This document shows, in pieces, positions 1-5,765 of a stretch of DNA of 8,748 nucleotides (position 1 is the stretch's first letter; the number at the start of each line of letters is the position of its first letter). The position numbers and the translations under genes are program-made. The stretch is from Azolla caroliniana. Taxonomy: Eukaryota; Plantae; Polypodiophyta. The DNA lies in assembly GCA_043228905.1 (NCBI GenBank), contig JBHGNT010001420.1, positions 1 to 8,748 on the forward strand. The letters are read 5' to 3'. The notes beneath the pieces were generated by a model, which was not told the DNA's origin, ran no database searches, and saw only the letters and a list, made by a program, of their open reading frames with translations.

Positions 1-1
1 T

Positions 2-1099
2 CCGGTTCATCCTCTCGGCCAGCCCGTTCAGTTCCGGCGTCTTCGGCACAGTAAACTCGAGCCGGATTCCCTTCGAGCGACAGTACTCTGCGAACTGCCC
101 CCGGTATTCCCCTCCGTTATCCGCTCGTATCGCTTTCAGCTTCTTGCCGGATTCTCTTTCCACTCTCGCGTGGAGTTCTTTGAAGACGGACAATACTTGG
201 TCCTTTGTCTTCAACGGTGCCATCCACAGCTTCCGGCTATGGTCATCTATGAATGTTGCGAAGTACTGAGCTCCGCCATGTGACTTCGCTTCTACTTGAC
301 ACACATCAGTGTGTACCAACTCCAATGGTGCGCTACGTCTCGTCGGTGGCCTTGAGTGGAAGGAGGTCCGGTTTTGCTTACCGGCCAGACAGTCGGTACA
401 CTTCCCCAGGTGTACGTGCTTTACCGGTATCAGGTTGTCATCGGCAAGCCTCTTCATCCCCTTCTCACTCATGTGGCACAGTCTCTTGTGCCACAGCTCA
501 CCGGCAGTGTCGGCTGCCACGTTCAGCTCCTCCGGACATAGCCGGGAATTCATCAGGTACAGTGTATTGACCTTCCAGGCCCGAGCCACTATCAGGCTCC
601 CTTTGCTGAACTTCATGACACCGTTCCGGATGCTACCCGTGTAGCCTTCATCATCTAGCCTCCCGGCCGAGATCAGGTTCAATCGGACCTCCGGAACGTG
701 TCGAACATCCTTCAGCAGCATCTTGCATCCGGTTGATGTCATCAGCCACACGTCTCCTATGCCGGCAATCCGGCATGTGCCTTCATTTCCCATCCGGACA
801 CAGCCGTGCTCACCGGTTGTGTATGATGAGAAGTATTTCTTCTCCGGGGTCAGGTGGAACGACGCTCCGGAATCGACCACCCAGGTCATCTCTACCCCGG
901 CAAGGTTCAGCTCCCTCTCTTCGGTAATGAGCATTATCTCTTCTTCACTTGCCGCGAGTGCCGTCGTTCCTTTCCAGTCCTGCCCTCGCCGATCCGGACC
1001 TCTCCGGTCCGTGGCTCCCCGGTATGCACCGTTTCTCTCCGGTGACTTCTTCGAATCGGTGTCGTCGGCTCCGTTGTCCTTTCGGTAATGCCGACAATT
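2..1099 (-). CDS. pol: Pol part (aspartic protease + integrase) of element A gag-pol; open to the window edge, in frame with gag after a single TAG
   Basis: Manual translation is stop-free from 1099 to 2: NCRHYRK...TWVVDSGASFHLT (protease, ~850-885), LKDVRHVPEVRLNLISAGRLD, LWHKRLCHMSEKG...CTDCLAGKQ (integrase HHCC), LELVHTDV, YFATFIDDHSRK, IRADNGGEY, TVPKTPELNGLAERMNR (D-D-E core). Absent from the ORF track, presumably because it has no stop inside the window. Confidence 0.95.
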
Positions 1100-1831
1100 C
1101 TACCGGAAGTGCCCTGGCTTCCCACAGTGGAAGCATGTGGGCCTTCCTCTTGACTGCGACCGGGTCCCCGACTTCTCCCGTCTTTGCGGACTCCGGTTCC
1201 ATTGTCTTCCCCGATCCGATTCGGTAAGCAGCATCTTCGGATCGGAAACCGGTTCTTTATCTCTCCGACGCGCTTCTTCGTTCAAAATGCTCGTCTTTAC
1301 CGTTTGTAGAGACAAGTTATCTTCGGTGCAGGAGGTGCTGAGAGTCACCACCAAGTTCTCCCAGCTTTCCGGCAATGTACACATCAGAATGATGGCTTGC
1401 ATTGCATCCTCCAACGGTAACTTGATCGCCGCAAGCTGGTTCACGAATCCCATGAACGTGCTCACGTGTTCCACCATATTCTCGCCGTCCCGGTACTTGA
1501 GGTTCACTATCTTCCTCATCAGGGAGGTCCGGTTCAACGCATTCTTCCTCTCGTAGAGGCCCGACAGCTTCTTCCACATCTCATATGCGTTGGTGTCATT
1601 CGCCACATGTTGTAGAACGCTTACATCGACATATTGCCGGATCGTCGCTACGGCTTTCCGGTTCAGGAGCTTCCACTCCGACTCTATTACCCCCTTGGGT
1701 ATCTCGGCATTGTCGATCGGTTCATACAGGTCTCGGACGATGAGAAGGTCTTCCATCTTTATCTTCCAGTCGGCGTAGTTCTGTGAGTTCAACACCATCA
1801 TGCCCGGAGGCCCACTACCGCCGCCTTCCAT
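1100..1831 (-). CDS. gag: Gag of element A (copia Gag with zinc knuckle), ending at a premature TAG inside the knuckle
   Basis: ATG at 1831, 15 nt after the PBS (MEGGGSGPPGMMVLNSQNYADWKIKMEDLL...W..LNRKAVATIRQ...AYEMWKKLSGLYE...LPESWENLV...CFHCGKPGHFR*). The track start at 1885 lies within the LTR and is not credible. Confidence 0.93.
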   Translation of the reverse strand: MEGGGSGPPGMMVLNSQNYADWKIKMEDLLIVRDLYEPIDNAEIPKGVIESEWKLLNRKAVATIRQYVDVSVLQHVANDTNAYEMWKKLSGLYERKNALNRTSLMRKIVNLKYRDGENMVEHVSTFMGFVNQLAAIKLPLEDAMQAIILMCTLPESWENLVVTLSTSCTEDNLSLQTVKTSILNEEARRRDKEPVSDPKMLLTESDRGRQWNRSPQRREKSGTRSQSRGRPTCFHCGKPGHFR

Positions 1832-1846
1832 TTTCTGTGTTACCGT

Positions 1847-1858
1847 GCTCTGATACCA
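1847..1858 (-). other. Primer binding site (tRNA-iMet) of element A
   Basis: Minus strand TGGTATCAGAGC, 3 nt after the LTR terminal CAACA; the canonical plant initiator-Met PBS. Confidence 0.96.
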
Positions 1859-2130
1859 ATTTGTTGCAAAACAGCGCTCGGTCACAAACCGAGGAATAGG
1901 ATCAACTCACAGAAAACGGGAAATACAAAGTGCACGAAGACAATAGAGAGAAGAGTACACAGGGTGTTTTACGTGGGAAACCCTAAATGGGAAAAACCAC
2001 GGGAGTCCTCAAACTCCAACTATCACTATACACAGAGATGTACAATGGTGAAGCTACAAGGCAACAACCTTGAGCTCACTGTCTTCGCCGCAGGCGGCGG
2101 TAATACACAAAGACGTCGACCTCTTCCTTT

Positions 2131-2145
2131 CTCTCTCTCTCTCTC
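2131..2145. repeat. (CT)7 / (GA)n microsatellite inside LTR A
   Basis: ctctctctctctctc read directly. Confidence 0.9.
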
Positions 2146-2220
2146 GGCTGCTCTCACTTCGCTCTCTCAGCTGAAAACAAAAAAATGAGCAACAACATAA
2201 AACTGTTTGCCCTAAGTCAT

Positions 2221-2227
2221 ATTTATA
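2221..2227 (-). promoter_or_regulatory. Putative TATA box of LTR A
   Basis: Minus strand TATAAAT, downstream of the U3 repeat array and upstream of the GA-rich R/U5 region. Confidence 0.7.
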
Positions 2228-2325
2228 CGCATATGACTTTCGGGCTATTTACAAATATAGCCTCAAGGGCCCTTGGCAGACATATTCACAAATACGTCCC
2301 CGCATCCGGATCTCGCTCCGGGTAC

Positions 2326-2452
2326 CTTCATCATCCGGCTCCGTAGCCGGGGTCTTCATCATCCGGCTCCGTAGCCGAGGTCTTCATCATCCGGCTCCGT
2401 AGCTGGGGTCTTCATCATCCGGCTCCGTAGCCGGGGTCTCCGTAGCCGGGGA
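2326..2452. repeat. 28-bp tandem array in U3 of LTR A: 4 full copies plus a 15-bp partial copy
   Basis: Unit cttcatcatccggctccgtagccggggt at 2326, 2354, 2382, 2410 (copies 2 and 3 each carry one transition), then ctccgtagccgggga at 2438. Confidence 0.97.
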
Positions 2453-2512
2453 CTCCGGGATTGCCGTCATTCATCTCCGGACCTCCCATCCGGAGGGACC
2501 GAAATCCCAACA

Positions 2513-3587
2513 CTGCAAGGTTGAGCTCTACTGTGCCGATTCCAATGATGTCACAGTGTTGCGAGTTGCCGACTCGAACTGAGTCGGAGTGACGGATCGT
2601 ATATTGCCGAAATTGGGATCGATGAGGAGTCACGTGAAATGACGCGCCCGAATCTAAGAGCCATGTGCTCGATTCTTCAGTCGTGAGCAGAACTTCTGAT
2701 CCGACTGGATTTTCGATTGATAGTATATTCGGGTCGTTTGGTAGCACATCAGCTGAGAAGCTGACGTAATTGATCTCCTCATGCCGGCCACTCTTCTTGT
2801 CTGATTTCTGAGACTTGTCGTTCTTGTTCTTGAGTGCGCGGCAGTCGGCTTTGATGTGTCCGGGTTTCTTGCAATAGTTGCAGATCCGATTATCCCGTGA
2901 CTGGCTCCGTCTTCGCTGATTGTTCGGCTGCCGTGAGGAATCTCTTCCTCGTATGTTCGATCGGTCTGTCGAACCTTGTACTACATAAGCGTCGTCTGTT
3001 GAGTCTTTGGCGAAAGACTTTCTCCGAGCTGCTTCGGTCAGGATTGCGCTCGTGACTTCGGAGTATTTAACAGCCGTGGTTGACGCGTTGCACACGGTTG
3101 TGACGAAAGTTTCCCATGATGAGGGAAGGCTGCTCATGAGTATCATTGCTCTGAGTTCATCCTCGATTGCCGTCCCCTGAGATGAGATTTGGGAGCTTAT
3201 GCTTTCGTACTCATTGAGATGTGCTTGAACCGAATCTGATTCTTTCATCCGCAAGTTGTAGAGGCGCCGGATCAAAAACATCTTCGTTGCAGCGACCTTC
3301 TTTTCGTAGGTGTCCGACAGTGTTTTCCACAGTTCGAATGCTGTCGTACACGATTGCACCGTAAAGTATACCGATTCCGATAGGTGCATCCGAATCGTGG
3401 CGCGGACGATTCTGTCCAGCTTCTGCCACTCAATTGGTTTGTATCCTTCTGGAGGTACTTCATTTTCGATGGGATCGATTTGCCCCTTGACTATGAGATA
3501 GTCCTGCATTTGCTCCTTCCAGAAGTTGAAGTTCGATCCATCGAACTTTCGTAGACTCATTTCTGACGAGCCGGATGTTGATGTCAT
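2513..3587 (-). CDS. gag-pol: Gag-protease (N-terminal ~358 codons of gag-pol) of element B, truncated by insertion of A
   Basis: MTSTSGSSEMSLRKFDGSNFNFWKEQMQDYL (copia Gag N-terminus), LMSSLPSSWETFV, CNYCKKPGHIKADC (CX2CX4HX4C, ~2841-2882), WLLDSGASFHVT (~2630-2663), VRVGN...IIGIGTVEL. The last ~32 aa of the 2415-3587 track ORF are read-through into LTR A. Confidence 0.95.
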
Positions 3588-4015
3588 GACTCTGCCCTAA
3601 GTCGGCTACGAACTTTGGTGAAGTGCAGCGGTTTGGCCCACTCAGTGTCGTTCTAGCCGAAGTTGGACACAAGTGATGTTGATTACGGAGAATCGGGGAT
3701 TTGGTTCGGATTGACTACCGACAACTGTCTTAGTCGAGTTGAACCTAGATTTAACGATCCGACAGTACTTCAAGCCGATTCGGTTTCGGTTGACTGCAAC
3801 GGTGAGAGCAATGGAACCGACTGGTCCTTCCGATTATTGTCCAATCGAATGAAACACGAACTGGGGTTGTCCTTGAAGTCGTCGTTGTGCAGGAAGCCCA
3901 CCTCAAGCAGTTACGATCACGGAAGTAGAGTACAGCCGACTGGTTTACTCCGAGTGATGATCTAACGCAGCGAGATTCAAGCTTGTGTTTGCCTACTTTC
4001 TTCTCTGTTTCTTCG

Positions 4016-4117
4016 AATGACGCAAGAAACCGAATGCTTTGCAGACTAGGATGAAGCGAAAGGCCGAATACTGTGCAGGTTGTGATGAAGCGAAGAACCG
4101 AATGCTGTGCAGGCTGA
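4016..4117. repeat. Three imperfect 34-bp tandem repeats in the 5' leader of element B
   Basis: aatgacgcaagaaaccgaatgctttgcagactag (4016) / gatgaagcgaaaggccgaatactgtgcaggttgt (4050) / gatgaagcgaagaaccgaatgctgtgcaggctga (4084). Confidence 0.88.
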
Positions 4118-4148
4118 GACGACAGCCGACAACGGGTTGAGGGACCTC

Positions 4149-4160
4149 GCTCTGATACCA
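4149..4160 (-). other. Primer binding site (tRNA-iMet) of element B
   Basis: Minus strand TGGTATCAGAGC, 2 nt after the LTR terminal CAACA. Confidence 0.96.
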
Positions 4161-4260
4161 AATGTTGAAGACAAGGCCGTGTCGATGCGGAAGATCAAGT
4201 AGCATTCGATTGGGGTTGAGTACCTGCGTATGACAGTTTGCAAGATCGTGCACAGAGATA

Positions 4261-4280
4261 GAGAGAGAGAGAGAGAGAGA
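4261..4280. repeat. (GA)10 microsatellite inside LTR B
   Basis: gagagagagagagagagaga read directly. Confidence 0.95.
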
Positions 4281-4349
4281 AGGCACAAAAGACTCTTTCT
4301 ATTCAAAATAGAAAACAATAATACAACCAACCTTACAAAAAGGTTACTA

Positions 4350-4369
4350 GGTCACTATATATAGTGACC
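4350..4369. promoter_or_regulatory. Putative TATA box of LTR B at the centre of a perfect 20-bp palindrome
   Basis: ggtcactata|tatagtgacc is its own reverse complement, with a TATATATA core at 4356-4363. Confidence 0.75.
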
Positions 4370-4471
4370 GACTTAGGGCAACTACCATTTATGTTAATTA
4401 CACAAATGGCCCAAAATTGAGCTATACAAAGGGATAGTGTGAATACGTCCATTATACACTTGTATTCGACA

Positions 4472-5279
4472 CGTATCCTTCTCCAAACAAATCAAGAGAG
4501 GTTCATAGCACAATTGAAAACGGTGTTGGACAAAGGATGGATGGTGTGGGCAACCCAAGCAGCAGAATTACACGCGTATCGTGCGGACTGGGAGAACCGG
4601 CAAAAAGACGGCCAAGGTTTCTATAAGCTAAAGGAGGAGAGCATTGCAGTCGTACGAGAGGACCTAGTGCAAGACTATCGTGCACTAGCGGACCAACACT
4701 CCGAAGAACTCGCGCAACTTTTAGATGATTTTGGTGAAAGCCAGGAGGAGCTATTTCACCAGATCACACAAGCCGGCAACACACGCACAAACTAGGAATC
4801 CAGCGCGATGCCAATTCCGGGCACGACCGAAGAAGAGGATCCTCAAGCTCGTTCACTAGAAATGACAACGATGGAGAATAGCGCGGACCGACGAGCGGAG
4901 TCCCCCACAGTACCAAACAACGAAACCACTGCACAAGAGGAGGTTCATCCGCATGAGCCCAAGCTATCATCAGACCACACGGAGAACGATTCCGCCCCAC
5001 TCCCTAGAACGTACGAAAACGGCCGACACCACGGAGGATGTAACAATGGAGGCAGAGCCGCAGCCGACTGCAAGCACGACAACGGCGGAGCCCAACCCAC
5101 TAGCTCAAGAAGAGCCCACCGTACCTGGACCGCCCACACACGGCGACTATGACTCCGGGAGAAACCAGCCCAACCAAACAGGGGAGCCACACCATGATGC
5201 ACCTACGGGCCCTACGTCACCTCGGGACGCGGACACCGCAGCAGAGCCAAACATCCGGGCCATTTTGGAAGAGGATTAA
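4472..5279 (+). pseudogene. C-terminal ~270 codons of a disrupted ORF of unknown function in element C (helical/coiled-coil-like part, then P/T/E-rich tail)
   Basis: Track ORFs 4439-4795 and 4808-5152 share a frame and are separated by one TAG (4793-4795); composition continues in the 4953-5279 frame after a probable frameshift near 5010-5022. No recognised domain. Confidence 0.55.
5267..5275 (+). other. Candidate polypurine tract of element C
   Basis: tttt followed by GGAAGAGGA at the end of the ORF, immediately before LTR-like sequence. Confidence 0.5.
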
Positions 5280-5765
5280 CGGGATGGGTCCGACGTGCCA
5301 TGGCACTATCCCATAAGCGTGCCAGGTGTTGTCCGCCGGAATAGTAACCGGCGGACAAGAGCGTAGGAATAAGAAATAATATAAGATCATAATGCATGTA
5401 ACAGTTCACGTAGGAAGCGTGAACGGCTAAAAAGACCCTGCGTATATAAAGGGCAGAAAACCTGTAATAGAGGGAGCGTGTAATTTTGGGAATGTAAGAA
5501 ACGTCTCATAATAGAATTCTATCTTCTCTGATTCTCTATGTATAGTTACGGTTAATCCACTGTGTGTGTCTTGAGGACCTGAGCGTGTAAGAACGGAAGT
5601 GTAACCCTTGCTAAGGATTCAGTTGTAGTCGTCCCCCTTATACGCTGATAGGTTACAGGGAACATTCCCCTACGCATTACGCTTAGACGCCTATTCGTTG
5701 TTCCACACCAACTTGGAGGTCTAGGTCGAAGGACTGACCGCGAACCATGTTCCTAATCGGCAACA
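5274..5765 (+). repeat. LTR of element C (right end firm; left end ~5274 or 5327)
   Basis: Terminal CAACA at 5761-5765; TATA at 5443-5450; TGTAA-rich and CT/GT-rich segments downstream of the TATA; alternative left terminus TGTTG at 5327. Confidence 0.7.
5443..5450 (+). promoter_or_regulatory. Putative TATA box of LTR C
   Basis: TATATAAA followed by GGG, a common plant LTR promoter context. Confidence 0.65.

Larger units (their letters stand above)
1..2512 (-). mobile_element. Ty1/copia LTR retrotransposon A (Tnt1/Tork-like), 5' portion; continues beyond the left edge
   Basis: LTR bounded by TGTTG...CAACA (1862-2512), tRNA-iMet PBS at 1847-1858, then one reading frame with Gag, CCHC knuckle, protease DSG and integrase directly after the protease (PR-INT order = copia). 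Confidence 0.96.
1862..2512 (-). repeat. 5' LTR of element A (651 bp)
   Basis: Minus strand starts TGTTGGGATT at 2512, exactly where the B protease frame becomes nonsense, and ends TTGCAACA at 1862 next to the PBS. Contains a TATA box and a CCCGTGGTTTTTCCC...GGGTTTCCCACGTAAAA motif (1967-2003) resembling the U5 of Tnt1/Tork-type LTRs. The second LTR is outside the window. Confidence 0.92.
2513..4471 (-). mobile_element. Ty1/copia LTR retrotransposon B, 5' portion, interrupted in the protease by element A
   Basis: LTR 4163-4471, tRNA-iMet PBS 4149-4160, long leader, copia-type Gag and protease WLLDSGASFH; homology stops at 2513 where LTR A begins. Confidence 0.94.
4163..4471 (-). repeat. 5' LTR of element B (~309 bp)
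   Basis: Plus strand tgttgaa (4163) ... ttcgaca (4471) is a 6/7 terminal inverted repeat; next to the PBS; contains TATA and a dinucleotide tract; sequence character changes to a plus-strand coding-like frame at 4472. The right boundary is inferred. Confidence 0.82.
4472..5765 (+). mobile_element. 3' end of unclassified LTR retrotransposon C (extra ORF remnant + PPT + 3' LTR), interrupted by B and inserted in D
   Basis: Ends in ...CGGCAACA at 5765, exactly where the D integrase frame breaks; plus-strand TATATAAA and repeated TGTAA motifs; purine tract at 5267-5275. No pol domain in the window, so superfamily is unknown and orientation is inferred. Confidence 0.75.

Noticed and set aside
253-1778. 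Plus-strand ORFs (253-570, 309-644, 723-1088, 949-1227, 1137-1556, 1590-1778 and others)
   Set aside because: Antisense shadows of the GC-rich gag-pol frame of A, with no recognisable motifs.
1832-1885. N-terminal extension MTERCFATNWYQS of the 261-aa ORF
   Set aside because: It translates the LTR end and PBS (WYQS = TGGTATCAGAGC); the credible start is the ATG at 1831.
2326-2452. 28-bp repeats as a CRISPR array
   Set aside because: Copies are head-to-tail with no spacers, there are no cas genes, and the array lies inside a eukaryotic LTR.
3663-4330. ORFs 3663-3965, 3751-4161, 3993-4286 and 4046-4330 as extra genes of B
   Set aside because: They cross the LTR, PBS, microsatellite and leader repeats, and show no protein-like features.
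4439-4471. Start of the 118-aa ORF at 4439
   Set aside because: A GTG start inside the inferred LTR B; the real 5' part of this ORF should lie beyond the B insertion.
5599-5657. TGTAAC...GTTACA as LTR termini of a separate mini-element
   Set aside because: Only about 58 bp apart, with no target-site duplication, PBS or PPT; better explained as an internal inverted repeat of LTR C.
5721-5765. C-terminus CCRLGTWFAVSPST of the integrase ORF
   Set aside because: Read-through from D integrase into the end of LTR C, not integrase sequence.
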